This document shows positions 18,475-29,149 of a DNA stretch of 64,000 nt, one piece after another. The stretch is from an uncultured Chloroflexia bacterium (GTDB taxonomy: Bacteria > Chloroflexota > Anaerolineae > CG2-30-64-16), in NCBI GenBank assembly GCA_963774265.1, contig CAVZDU010000001.1, forward strand, positions 448,001 through 512,000. The letters are read 5' to 3'. How positions within the stretch are numbered: position 1 is the stretch's first letter; each line of letters opens with the position of its first letter. Under the pieces are notes generated by a model. That model worked only from the letters and a program-made list of their open reading frames with translations, had not been told where the DNA came from and made no database searches. The translations under genes were made by a program, and so were the position numbers.

Positions 18475-20146
18475 CTAAGCCTGTCCCAAAGCGGTCAGGA
18501 CATCCTCGACCACAAGATAGTGCGGATCGCGAAACAACTTATTGATCTGTGACGCAAAGACCTGCGAGTCGCTCATTACTTCACACGCGGGACCATCAAC
18601 CACGACCTGACCTTCGCCCATCAGCACCACACGGTCGGCGCACGCGGCCGCTAATTCGACATCATGCGTGGCCATGACGACGGTCCGGCCCTCGCGCTTC
18701 ATACCGAGCAGCAACTCCGCAAGGCTGCGCTTCTGCACGTAATCCAGTCCGCGCGTGGGCTCGTCAAGCAGAATGATCTGCGGTTCGGCGACCAGGATGG
18801 CAGCCAACGCCGCGCGCTGCTGCTCACCGCCGCTCAAGTCGCGTGGGTCACGGTCACCCAGCTCCGCCAGACCGAGGCGCGCCAGAAGGGCGACATCTCC
18901 CGCCGGATCTGGGGCCATACCATGGCTCTTGCGGGTGAACGCCAACTCCGCTGCAAGTGTCTCGCTGAACAAGAGCGACCCGGGGTATTGCGGAACGTAA
19001 CCGGCATGCCGGATGATCGCGTCCACATCCGCTCGTCGCGTGTCGAGACCCGCGACCGTTACCTGGCCCTCATCCGGTTTCAGGAGGCCGACCAACGTCT
19101 TCAGCAACGTGCTCTTCCCGGAGCCGTTGCGGCCCATGAGCGTAACAAACTCGCCCGGACGAATATCCAATGTGACGCCGCGAATCGCACGGTGACCGTG
19201 GTAAGCGTAATGAAGGTTGCGGGTTGAGAGGACAGGCTCAGCGGATGCCTCACCACCCGGAACCGCGGGGCCCGAGGCAACAGAGGAGTTCACCGCCAGT
19301 GAATGCCCCCCTGTTTTGCCTGAGACTCTCGCTGCGAGCTGAGGCCCAAGGCGACGAGCGAAGGGGCGGCCCTCCTTGATCGTCAAGGGGAGGGGATCCC
19401 CACCCAAGAGTTCGACCTAAATCCACTAGGGGCGGCACAAGAGGTAGCTGAGCCATGACCGTTCTCGGCTCATCCAACACGGGCGCAGCACCGAGCGCAG
19501 GCAAGTAAAGAATACGATCGGCATACTGCGCAACTCGTTCCAGGCGGTGCTCGCTCAGGATCACGGTGAGCCCCTGATCTTCGTTTAGTTGACGCAAGGC
19601 AAGGAGGACATCTTCAGCGGCCTGCGGGTCAAGCTGCGAGGTGGGCTCATCCAACACCAGGATTTCGGGTTGCAGCGCCAGAACCGCGGCAATGGCCACG
19701 CGCTGCTTCTCACCCCCCGACAGGGTGCTGATGCGCCTTTGCCTGATCTCCGCGATGCCCATCTGATCCAACACTTCCTCGATGCGCTTGCGCATGGTGG
19801 CGGGCGGTAGGGCGAAGTTCTCCATGGCAAAGGCTAGTTCGTCCTCGACAGTATCGACCACGAACTGGGCTTCAGGATCTTGAAAGACAAAACCGACGAG
19901 ATCGGCCATGCCACGAGGGGCCAGGTCAACCGGGTTCCTGCCGCCGACCTCGATCTGGCCGGCCCAGCGCCCACCATAAAAATGGGGCGCGAGACCATTC
20001 AGGCTTCGCAGAAACGTAGACTTGCCTGCGCCGGACGGACCGACCACCAGCACGAATTCGCCCTGCCGAATCGTGACGTTGAAATCGGCCAAGGCGGGCA
20101 TCGCCTGGTCGGGATAGGTGTAGGTGACGTGTGATAGGGTGATCAC
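18475..20146 (-). CDS. ECF transporter fused double ATPase (A-A'), frameshifted near 19400
   Basis: Two ABC domains: GPSGAGKST/LSGGEKQR/LDEPT and GRNGSGKST/LSGGEQQR/LDEPT; the frames join at LGW-DPLPLTIKEG, with one extra base in a G run. Confidence 0.88.
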
Positions 20147-21273
20147 GCGGGCACGCTGACCTCACTCTCATCGATAACCGGGCGTAGCAAGAGGCCCGGC
20201 AGGGCCAACAGCAGGAGCACCGCGCCGATGACCGGGTTGAAGGTTGGCCAGGGCGAGTAGGGCGCGTAGGGATAGTAGTGCAGCCACTCGGGTCGCAACA
20301 CCAGGATCACGCCCCAGGCGGTGGCCCCCAAAAGCCCGAGCACAGAGACCACCCGGTCCATCCGGCCCCAGGGCCAACGCCGGTACCTGGTGCGTTTCGA
20401 GCGTCGACTGACATCCCAGAAGCTCCACAGCATCAGTGCCGCTCCGCAGGCCAGTTGTAATCCTCCAACGATTCTCAAGTGGGGCAAGAATCCATTGACT
20501 GCCAGCCCAAGACCGACCAGCCCCAAACCGTCGAGCAGCGCGAGCTGATGAGCCAGCCGCTGTCGCGGCGTAGCCTGCAGCACCTGCCCACCGAACCCTC
20601 GCGCCTCCATGGACTCGGCGAGTTGCATCGCGCGCTCTAGCGCAGTGACGAGCAGGGGCAGGATGAGCGGCAACAGATCACGAATTCCGCGAAGTCTATG
20701 ACCGCGTACCTGCTGCGCCTCACGAATCGACTGCCAGGTGGCGACCATCTGTGGCACGAAGGCAACCGCAATGCCGGTCACCACGCCTGCCTGGTACATG
20801 AAGCCGGGAGTCATCCGCAACAAGCGCGCCTGATCTACCGCAACGTTGAACGTCGCGAAGATCAGCAGGAGTGCAACAAGCGCCAGCCCGCCGGTCAGAC
20901 CATACAGTAGCGCCTCCAGGGTGATCGCACCGCCGATGATCGGCCAGGAGCGCGGCAGGTAAAACAGCACGATGGTGCCGTGGTGCGACATAAGCATCGT
21001 GAAGGGTATCGTGAGCAGCCAAAGGAATGCGCCCAGCCGGACGAACGCACTCCAGCTACGAGCGGTCGGATTGCGCTGGCCCAGGGCGATGTAGGTGATG
21101 CCGACCGCTGTGAGAATCAGGCTAAGGTAGAGCGGATTGCGCGTGGAGAGCGCCGGCAGCGCTGCCGCGACCAGCCAGGCCGTCCAGGCCACGGGATGAA
21201 AAGTATCTTCAGTGGTCAAGGTTCTTGTGCGGCCTATTCGCGACCTCGGCCGCGCACCTCGTGAGATAGCCAC
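20143..21273 (-). CDS. ECF transporter T component (CbiQ/EcfT); start uncertain
   Basis: FHPVAW, TM helices, EAQQVRG and LAESMEARGFG coupling motifs. Confidence 0.88.
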   Translation of the reverse strand: MAISRGARPRSRIGRTRTLTTEDTFHPVAWTAWLVAAALPALSTRNPLYLSLILTAVGITYIALGQRNPTARSWSAFVRLGAFLWLLTIPFTMLMSHHGTIVLFYLPRSWPIIGGAITLEALLYGLTGGLALVALLLIFATFNVAVDQARLLRMTPGFMYQAGVVTGIAVAFVPQMVATWQSIREAQQVRGHRLRGIRDLLPLILPLLVTALERAMQLAESMEARGFGGQVLQATPRQRLAHQLALLDGLGLVGLGLAVNGFLPHLRIVGGLQLACGAALMLWSFWDVSRRSKRTRYRRWPWGRMDRVVSVLGLLGATAWGVILVLRPEWLHYYPYAPYSPWPTFNPVIGAVLLLLALPGLLLRPVIDESEVSVPA

Positions 21274-22127
21274 CGGTCATCGGGCGCCAATTTCCGGACG
21301 TGCGCCACCCCATGCCCGTTCTTGCGGTGCAGCACATACCACCCGATGACTAGCAGGATTGTCAGCGCCAGCACATACGCCGCGTATCCAGGAAGAAGGC
21401 TCGCGCTGAAGGACCGGCTCTCCGCAAGTTGCCGGGCCGCAGCCGAGACCGTCGACGGGCCCACAGAATTCACGGAGGCGGCCTCACCGCCAGTCGGCGC
21501 CGCAGACGCGCTCCCCAGAAAAATGGGCGTCGCAGTGGCTGCACCGGTGGCTGCCGGAGAAGGCGTTGAAGTCCCACCCGCGCCCGTTGCCGCCTGGCAG
21601 ATCTGTTCAAAGGGTATGACGGGAGGCTCTACGCCCTGCTGGAAGTTGCCCTGCCCCCAGGACCAGCCCTCCAATGCGCCCTGGGTCACCCTGTAACTCG
21701 TGGCGCCGATAGATGAGTATGACCACTCACCACCCAGCCGATGGTAGTAAGCCCAATACTTACATTCCGGGAATGGGCACCTGCAGAAACAATCATCGGA
21801 AGCACAGCCCAGGCCACTGATGCCACAGACCGTGCCTTCCGATGAGATGACCGGTGCAAGGCCCGAACGCTCCAGCAGTTCATCGCCGCGGATTTCTGCT
21901 TCGGAGAAGGCAACGCAGCGAGTCTGCACACTGCCGTCTTCGTATCGAACGACCAGCGCGGCCAAATTCGGTCCTTTTCCAACCACCTGGCCCTGTCTCT
22001 CCGGCTGAGGCGCTGTGGAGGCCTGCACGTCAGGCAACGGCGCGCGGCCAAGAATCCAGGCGGCTGCGGTGAGCAGTCCGATAAGGAAAAGGCGCCGAGC
22101 CAGGCGAACGGATCTCGTTCTAACCAT
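21234..22127 (-). CDS. Exported, C-terminally anchored protein with transcobalamin-beta/DUF4430-like domain
   Basis: Signal peptide, VCGISGLGC...KYWAYYH...WSYSSIGATSY...EGWSW, low-complexity Ala/Thr linker, C-terminal TM helix plus basic tail. Confidence 0.65.
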   Translation of the reverse strand: MVRTRSVRLARRLFLIGLLTAAAWILGRAPLPDVQASTAPQPERQGQVVGKGPNLAALVVRYEDGSVQTRCVAFSEAEIRGDELLERSGLAPVISSEGTVCGISGLGCASDDCFCRCPFPECKYWAYYHRLGGEWSYSSIGATSYRVTQGALEGWSWGQGNFQQGVEPPVIPFEQICQAATGAGGTSTPSPAATGAATATPIFLGSASAAPTGGEAASVNSVGPSTVSAAARQLAESRSFSASLLPGYAAYVLALTILLVIGWYVLHRKNGHGVAHVRKLAPDDRWLSHEVRGRGRE

Positions 22128-22139
22128 CTCTCGATCTCT

Positions 22140-22718
22140 TTACCGGGCGGACCGTCTGCGCATTCGCAGCAGGTACCACACCAGTGCAACAAGGCCGACG
22201 GCCAGAAACACCAGCGCCACGATCTGCACGGTCGACAACCCTGGCGCCTGCTTCGCCAGCATCTGGTCGAAAGCGTAGACGGGCGGTTGAACCGTGGCAT
22301 TGAAATTCGCGTCAAACCCGCTCCAGGCGAACCCTTCCACGGCCTTATCTGCGGGCACATATATCCCAACGCCTTCCTGGGCGCCGGCCCAGGCCGTCCC
22401 GTTTAGGTGATAGTAGGCCCAGTAGGTTTTCTCATCACAGAAACAGTTGTCTACCGGACAACCGGTCGTGTTGATGTTGCACAGAGCGGGTCCAAACGAA
22501 CTCTCAGCAGTCACCACATTGAGTTTTGCGGCCTTGAGCGCGTCGAGCGCGGTGGCGGTTGCGGGCACAGTCACGACCTCAGTGTGCGTTGCACCATCCG
22601 GGAAAGTGACGACGATGCCGACCTGCTTCGTTCCTGCGGTTTGTGCGAAGGACACGCCCGCGGTCAAGGCGAGCATGACGACGATCAAAAGAATGACGAA
22701 CGGAGTGCGATAAGACAC
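22140..22718 (-). CDS. Paralogous exported, anchored protein with transcobalamin-beta/DUF4430-like domain
   Basis: Signal peptide, TALDALKAA, LCNINTTGC...YWAYYH...EGFAW, C-terminal TM helix plus RRRSAR. Confidence 0.65.
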   Translation of the reverse strand: MSYRTPFVILLIVVMLALTAGVSFAQTAGTKQVGIVVTFPDGATHTEVVTVPATATALDALKAAKLNVVTAESSFGPALCNINTTGCPVDNCFCDEKTYWAYYHLNGTAWAGAQEGVGIYVPADKAVEGFAWSGFDANFNATVQPPVYAFDQMLAKQAPGLSTVQIVALVFLAVGLVALVWYLLRMRRRSAR

Positions 22719-22766
22719 TAGATTTCCTCCTCAAATCAGACGGCGGACCCCTGTGGAGCAGCCTGT

Positions 22767-23771
22767 TTAGCGGGCCAGGATCATTGGCAAATAGGGCAAC
22801 TTGCAGGGCGACGGCTCTTGTATTAGCAGGGTCAGTGCAGACAAGGCATCGGTGGTCGCCACGATTCTACTCTCCTCCAAGCCGGCTTCTTTCACGTACA
22901 CGAACGCGCCGGACGGCTCCTGAAACGACAGCAGCGTGTCAAGCGCGCCCTTGCTGCCCGCCTGGATGCCTGGGGTCTGCACATCAGAACCAGCAGCAAT
23001 GAGGCCTGCGATGGAAAGAGCCGTCGAGTTGGCATTGGCGGGCCCTGCGATGTATCCGGTATTCCAACCGCCGCCTGGCAGTTGAGCATTCTTCAACCAG
23101 TCGGCCGCCCTGGCATATGTGGAGAGTGCAGACGTTTTGGCCAGTCCGCCCATGACCATCAAGACCCGGCCGGTGGTATCCACGTCGCTCTGCTCGCCAT
23201 CGAAACTCCAGAACCAACCACCATCCGAAAGTTGAGAGTTGATCAGCGTATCGTAGGCAGCCTGGGGCACCTTCACGCCACTGCGCAGCAGTCCTTCGAC
23301 GGCAAGGGTGTGGCGGAACAGCCAGTTCGGGTGATAGCGGCCGGTTGTCGCGTCGTAGAAACCTTCGATAGTCTCCACCAAATCAATGCCGCCGAAGTCG
23401 CGCGGATTCGCACCGGCTGCGGCCACGGCGCGCATTACCTTGCCCGCCTGACCAGGATCCGAGGTCGCGTATTTCGGGAGGCTGAGCGCCTGCAGTGCGT
23501 CGAGAGCGCTTTTGCCGGATGCGGCTGTCCAACGAGGGCTGTCCACATCCTCCCCCAGCAGCGCGAGCACGTACACAACATCAGAGGTGACCGCGGCGCT
23601 GCTCTCTTGCGTCACACCGAATCCGCCGTCCGATTTCTGCTGGCCACGCAACCACGTCACCGCACGACACGCCGCGCCGGAAACAGCGTCCTCTGCGTGC
23701 GCCGGCGCGGCCAAGCCGGTCGTCAGTAGAATCACCAATGCCAGGAGGCGGGCCACTCTGCGCATTTTCAT
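22767..23771 (-). CDS. Secreted prenyltransferase/squalene-oxidase repeat (alpha6/alpha6 barrel) protein
   Basis: Signal peptide (AHA|E); repeats QQKSDGGF, SQLSDGGW, AQLPGGGW, FQEPSGAF; SDVDTT and NANSTA; ends YLPMILAR. Confidence 0.8.
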   Translation of the reverse strand: MKMRRVARLLALVILLTTGLAAPAHAEDAVSGAACRAVTWLRGQQKSDGGFGVTQESSAAVTSDVVYVLALLGEDVDSPRWTAASGKSALDALQALSLPKYATSDPGQAGKVMRAVAAAGANPRDFGGIDLVETIEGFYDATTGRYHPNWLFRHTLAVEGLLRSGVKVPQAAYDTLINSQLSDGGWFWSFDGEQSDVDTTGRVLMVMGGLAKTSALSTYARAADWLKNAQLPGGGWNTGYIAGPANANSTALSIAGLIAAGSDVQTPGIQAGSKGALDTLLSFQEPSGAFVYVKEAGLEESRIVATTDALSALTLLIQEPSPCKLPYLPMILAR

Positions 23772-23820
23772 CGTTGATGAACCCCAAAAAGAAAGCACCC
23801 TTGACAACGGGGTGCTTCAC

Positions 23821-23856
23821 AAAAGAAAAACCCCTTGCCCAACTGTGACAAGGGGA
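23821..23856 (-). terminator. Terminator/expression platform of cobalamin riboswitch
   Basis: Minus strand CCCCTTGTC-ACAGTT-GGGCAAGGGG followed by TTTTTCTTTT, between the aptamer and the first CDS. Confidence 0.75.
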
Positions 23857-23942
23857 GCATCCGGGACCTCATTCAACAAAGGAATAAGATCGACCGGTTC
23901 CCACTCCCTTTGCCTCGAAGGTCGTTGAGAACCCGACGGAGA

Positions 23943-24045
23943 AGGGTTTTCTGGCTTGCCCATGCGATTGGCAGGGCCTACAGTTGCGGGACAGCGCCGG
24001 CCTTGCACCGGCTTTCCCCAAATCTCCACCGAATATTATTCAGTT
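23943..24045 (-). ncRNA. Cobalamin riboswitch
   Basis: Minus strand GGTG...GGGAAAGCCGGTGCAAGGCCGGCGCTGTCCCGCAACTGT...AAGCCAGAAAACC (B12 box); upstream promoter TTGACT(24085-24080)-17 bp-TACGCT. Confidence 0.93.
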
Positions 24046-24276
24046 CTTCGACGCCTAGCGTAACACAGGGAGGGGGAGGAGTCAAATGACTTGCGTCATA
24101 ATCGACCTTCTTACACCAACACCGTAAGCTTTGTCTGTGACCAAAGCCACTCTGCATACTGTAAGCCAGACGCCTAGCTCAAACAGAAGAAACCTGCTAT
24201 AATTATCGGGAAGGTTGTGGGCTGTCGCTCTGAGTTAGTTCTGCGCTGAGGACTGCCCATCTGGAGGTTGTCAATC

Positions 24277-26213
24277 GTGAATGCCAATTGGCGCAAAAAC
24301 GGCCTCGTCTACATTTTGATCGTAGTTGCGGTGGCCGTTCTTTTCTACAGTGCATCGCAATCCACCGACCGCCCGGACGAGAAGGGGCTGACAGATGTCG
24401 CTGCGTTGATCCGCCGCGGAGAGGTCAGTCGAATCGTGGTCGCGGGTGATCAGCTGACGGTGCAGCTAAAAGACAAAACGATGTTCGTCTCCCAAAAAGA
24501 GGAGGACGTTAATCTGACGACCTCGCTGACGCGGTTGGGCGTGACGCCTGAACAGCTTTCTAAGGTTGAACTGAAGGTCTCGCCGCCCAGTGATATGTCG
24601 GGCTGGTTGACGATCTTGGGAACAGTGCTCCCCCTGCTGCTGATCGGCGGTCTGTTCGTGATGATCTTGCGGCAAGCGCAAGGATCAAACAGCCAGGCCA
24701 TGTCATTCGGCAAAAGTAAGGCGCGTGTATTCACGGGCGACAAACCGACCGTGACCTTTGCGGATGTGGCCGGCGCGGATGAGGCCAAGCAGGAGCTGCA
24801 AGAGGTCGTCGAGTTCCTCAAGGAACCCCAGAAGTTCGCTTCGCTCGGCGCGCGCATCCCGAAGGGCGTGCTGCTGGTCGGCCCACCCGGCACCGGCAAG
24901 ACGCTGATGGCCAAGGCCATCTCCGGTGAAGCGGGCGTGCCCTTCTTCTCCATCTCCGGCTCGGAGTTCGTCGAGATGTTCGTCGGTGTGGGTGCGTCGC
25001 GGTGCGCGACCTGTTCGAGCAGGCCAAGCGCAACTCGCCGTGCATCATCTTCATCGACGAGATCGATGCGGTGGGGCGGCAGCGCGGGGCGGGGCTGGGC
25101 GGCAGCCACGACGAGCGGGAGCAGACGCTGAACCAGATTCTCGTGGAGATGGACGGCTTCGACACGGACACGAATGTGATCCTGATTGCGGCGACGAACC
25201 GGCCCGACATTCTGGACCCGGCGCTGCTGCGGCCCGGCCGTTTCGACCGGCAGGTGGTGATGGACCGGCCGGACATGAAAGGCCGCGAGCAGATCCTGAA
25301 GGTGCACGTGCGGGGCAAGCCGCTGGAGCCGACTGTCAATCTGGAGACGGTTGCCCGCGGGACGCCGGGCTTCGTGGGTGCGGACCTGGAGAACCTGGTC
25401 AACGAGGGTGCGATCCTGGCCGCGCGGCGCAACAAACGAGCCATCGGCATGCCGGAATTGCAGGAAGCCATTGAGCGTGTCATCGGTGGGCCCGAACGGC
25501 GCTCCCGCATCATTTCCTTGAAGGAAAAAGAAATCATCGCGTTCCACGAAGCCGGTCACGCGCTGGTGCGGCGAATGTTGCCCAAGTGCGACCCCGTCCA
25601 CAAGATCAGCATTGTTTCGCGCGGCATGGCGCTGGGCTACACCATGGCGCTCCCGGAAAACGACCGCGTGCTGATCAGCAAGACGAAGTTCGAGCAGGAT
25701 CTCAGTGCGATGCTGGGCGGCCGGGTGGCGGAGCAACTGATCTTCAGCGATGTCACCAACGGTGCGGTCGATGATCTGGACAAGGTGACGAAGCTCTCGC
25801 GCGCGATGGTGACCCAGTATGGCATGAGCCCACAGATGGGACCGATGGTTTTCGGCCAGCGACATGAGATGATCTTCCTCGGCCGTGATATCGGCGAGCA
25901 GCGCAACTACTCGGAACAGGTGGCGCGAGAGATCGACAAGGAAGTGGACCGGATCGTCACTGAGGCCTACGATCGGTCCACGGACATTCTGACCCGCCAT
26001 CAAGACCTGCTGCGTGCCATTTCGAAGAGGCTGATGGAAGTAGAGACGCTGGACGCAGCGGAGTTTGAAGCCTTCTTTGCGGGTGTGCCGGGCATCCCGC
26101 CGCGCAAAATAGGGCCGGTTGACTCCTCAGAAAGCCCTTCGCCAAACCGCGGCAACGCGCCTGCAGCCGATCGTCCTAGCGCCGCGCCAGCGCCGCGTCC
26201 TACGCCGGCGTAA
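24277..26213 (+). CDS. ftsH: ATP-dependent zinc metalloprotease FtsH, frameshifted near 25001
   Basis: Two TM helices, [21 protein letters not shown] split by one missing G, FIDEID, PGRFDR, HEAGH. Confidence 0.94.
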
Positions 26214-26638
26214 TGAGCGAAAGAGAAACGATGTCTGAGAACACCCCATTCCCCATCGGCCTGATCGGTGAGGCCAGCGTCACCGTTGCACCGGAGCTGA
26301 CCGCGCAGCACCTGGGAAGCGGCGCCGTGGCAGTGTTTGCCACGCCCGAGATGGTGCGTCTGATGGAACACGCGGCGGTGAATGGACTGGCGCCTCACCT
26401 CGACCCCGGCCAACAATCCGTCGGAACGAGTGTCAATGTGAAGCACCTCGCAGCGACACCGCTGGGTGCAACGGTGACTGCGCGGGCGGAGTTGGTTTCC
26501 GTCGAAGGCCGGCGCCTGCTTTTCAAGGTCTCCGCCCATGACGGGGTGGACCTGATCGGCGAGGGTCTGCACGAGCGCGCGTTGGTCGACCTGGCGAAAT
26601 TCGAGGCGCGCGTCGCCGCCAAGCAAGTGCAATCGTAG
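26213..26638 (+). CDS. Hotdog-fold thioesterase (fluoroacetyl-CoA thioesterase FlK-like)
   Basis: GSGAVAVFATP.MV.LME, SVGTSVNVKHLAATP, IGEGLHER. Confidence 0.87.
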   Translation: MSERETMSENTPFPIGLIGEASVTVAPELTAQHLGSGAVAVFATPEMVRLMEHAAVNGLAPHLDPGQQSVGTSVNVKHLAATPLGATVTARAELVSVEGRRLLFKVSAHDGVDLIGEGLHERALVDLAKFEARVAAKQVQS

Positions 26639-26683
26639 AGACGTTGCACGCCTTCGGCGAACGTCTCTACGAATCGCGGGTCC

Positions 26684-29053
26684 CTAAACGAGTCCCCCTG
26701 AGTACACCAGGCTGAAGTCCTGCGGCCCGCTGGGCACGTTGAACGCGCGGACGCGAATGCGATATCGCCCGGGTTCCGGCTGGGCGATCACGAGTCGCTC
26801 AACGTTATTGATACGGTCGGGCGCGCCGCCGGGCGTGCCATTGCGCGTATTGCCGTAGAAGATGGCCCCCGACGGACTGGTGACCACTAAGTCCAGGTCG
26901 TTGACCAGGTTCGGGTAGATGCTCGGGCTGCCAGGGTAATCGGTCCAGACCAGGGTGAACGCGAGTGCCACACTCGTGTCGTTTACTGCACAAGACCAGC
27001 GCCAGCTTTGCCCGGTATTCAGGCCAACACGCTGGTCATACCAGCGCACCTCCACCTCCGCTGCCCCTGGCAACTCCAGGCTCGTCCTCAGGTCCAGGTG
27101 TCCCCAACCCTGGGACCAATCGTACAAACCTTCGCCAACGGGCTCGTGGCGATACCGGCGGTAGGCCGCGCCATGCAGCAGGGTCGCCTTGATCAGCGCG
27201 GCCGAGGGGTTTGCACGGCGCTTCACCGTCCTTAAGTACTGGCGAACCAGTGCGGCCGCGCCGGCCGCCAGGGGCGTCGCCATACTGGTGCCACCATTGA
27301 ACATGTAACGATTGCTGGCGGTCCACACACCCCAACCGGGACTGCTGCTCTGTAGGGCCGAGGAGCGGGTCGACAAAATATTGGTGCCGGGCGCAACGAG
27401 ATCTGGCTTAACACGCCCATCGCGCGTTGGCCCGCGGCTGGAAAACGCGGCGACATCGTCCGCATTGTCCGACGGCATGTCGTCCTTCAGGGGGGCGACA
27501 CTGTAGTTATCGGGCCACAGGCTCCCTAAGGCCCGCTGGTAGCCACCTTGCGCGCGAACCGACTCGGCCGCGCCGACAGTGATGCAGTTCTTGGCGGTGC
27601 CCGGTGGCGTTACGCTGCCTGGGTCCACCACCCCGTCGCGGTCCCCATCCTCCCCATCATTGCCTGCAGCGATCAGGACGAGGAAGTCTTTGTGTTCCCA
27701 CATAAATCGGTCGACGGCCTCGGCGTAGTCGTCGTACGCTCCGAACGCGCCACCGCCCCAACTGTTGCTGTGAATGCGCGCGCCTGCGTCGTAGGCCTGC
27801 TGAAAGACGCCCTTGAGATCGGCAGGAAGACCAGCCAGGCCATAGTCGGGCGGATACCGGCGATATTGCCGATAGTAGGCCTGGCGATAGGCATCTGTCC
27901 ACTTCAGACGCTGTTCGATCGCTTGAAAGACCAACGTCGCTTCGTAGGCCGGCCCGCGCACCGCAGCACCCTGCTGGCCCAGCGCTTGCCAGGCCGATCC
28001 ATTCCCGAGGATAGAACCGGCGACGTGCGTGCCATGGCCGGAGCGAGCATCAGCCGGCCCGTCGTCCTCCCCAACGTTGGTCACAACAGAGGACCAATCC
28101 GTCGCGACGGGCCAACTCAGAAGGGTGACGATCCGTCCGGCGAAATCCGGATGAATCGTGTCGGCGCTGCCGGTGTCCAGCCCCGAATCGGCCACCCCCA
28201 CAATCTCGCCCCGGCCACTAAGACCTAACCCCGAAGGGTCCTGCACCTCCTGCACACCCATCAAGCCAGCCGCGACGTCATTCCGAAGCTGGCGCAAGAT
28301 GGTCGGCTCAATCGAACGCACACCGTGCAGGCTCGCGATCTGAGCGACAAGGGCCTGCGTGTCCTTGGTGCGCGGATCGAAAGCCACGGTAACGACGCTA
28401 CCGCCAGGCGCCGGTACGCTCGGCTCCCCACCCATTTTTTGGATAGCCGGGAGGGCCTGCTCGAGGTCTGCGGGTTGGAAAAAGCGGACGGTGAACGTGT
28501 TGGGCACGCGCTCGACATGAGGCGGCGTCTGCATGTCCCTCGCGGCCTCGCCGCGGATGGCGCCGCGCGAGACGGCGGGATCCTCACCCAGCCCTTCCGT
28601 CAGGTCGGGGCTGATACGCCGATCGGCGCCGTAGTGCAGAACCTCATCGACGTACTGCGCCTTGGTCACCCACTCGTATGCCGGATCGTCAAGCGCCACG
28701 ACGTATCCGTGAGGCGGCTCGGGATCCTGCAGTCGACCACCGTGCTGAACAATCTCCGTCAGCCACTCTTTCTTGATGGGGCCAGCAAAGTTAACCAGAT
28801 AGTAATGCTCTCCCGGCCCGAAGGTGGATGGACCGGGGTCATGCTTCGGCGCTGTAGATTCGAATCCGAGTCCAGGGCTCGGTTGCGTACGATAGATCTC
28901 AACTTCGTAGCCGCTCTTGCGAAGCTCGCCGACCTGCTCATCGCTGACGCGGACCAGAATATAGTCCTCGTATTCGGCAATTGATTCGTAGCCTTGCCGG
29001 ATCAGGCGGCGGCGCTCGCGTTGGGATGCATAGATCAGGACCGTTTGGGTCAT
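26684..29053 (-). CDS. S8 subtilase (KP-43/TagA-like) with C-terminal beta-sandwich domain
   Basis: Catalytic triad VADSGLD, GHGTHVAG, GGTSMATP; AAGN oxyanion hole; NDLDL..NNVE C-terminal domain; AAGGAGG SD before ATG 29053. Confidence 0.92.
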   Translation of the reverse strand: MTQTVLIYASQRERRRLIRQGYESIAEYEDYILVRVSDEQVGELRKSGYEVEIYRTQPSPGLGFESTAPKHDPGPSTFGPGEHYYLVNFAGPIKKEWLTEIVQHGGRLQDPEPPHGYVVALDDPAYEWVTKAQYVDEVLHYGADRRISPDLTEGLGEDPAVSRGAIRGEAARDMQTPPHVERVPNTFTVRFFQPADLEQALPAIQKMGGEPSVPAPGGSVVTVAFDPRTKDTQALVAQIASLHGVRSIEPTILRQLRNDVAAGLMGVQEVQDPSGLGLSGRGEIVGVADSGLDTGSADTIHPDFAGRIVTLLSWPVATDWSSVVTNVGEDDGPADARSGHGTHVAGSILGNGSAWQALGQQGAAVRGPAYEATLVFQAIEQRLKWTDAYRQAYYRQYRRYPPDYGLAGLPADLKGVFQQAYDAGARIHSNSWGGGAFGAYDDYAEAVDRFMWEHKDFLVLIAAGNDGEDGDRDGVVDPGSVTPPGTAKNCITVGAAESVRAQGGYQRALGSLWPDNYSVAPLKDDMPSDNADDVAAFSSRGPTRDGRVKPDLVAPGTNILSTRSSALQSSSPGWGVWTASNRYMFNGGTSMATPLAAGAAALVRQYLRTVKRRANPSAALIKATLLHGAAYRRYRHEPVGEGLYDWSQGWGHLDLRTSLELPGAAEVEVRWYDQRVGLNTGQSWRWSCAVNDTSVALAFTLVWTDYPGSPSIYPNLVNDLDLVVTSPSGAIFYGNTRNGTPGGAPDRINNVERLVIAQPEPGRYRIRVRAFNVPSGPQDFSLVYSGGLV

Positions 29054-29149
29054 GTTCCCTCCTTCTTTAGCCGAAGTAGGCAGGTTGATTATACCACTGG
29101 TTCGGCGACCTGCTCGGTCATTCAGCAGATGCAGTGGTAAAATGCGTTC

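Noticed and set aside
24450-26003. 517-aa ORF antisense to ftsH (and similar long antisense ORFs over recD2, the response regulator and hisS)
   Set aside because: Shadow ORFs produced by high-GC codon bias; no recognisable motifs.
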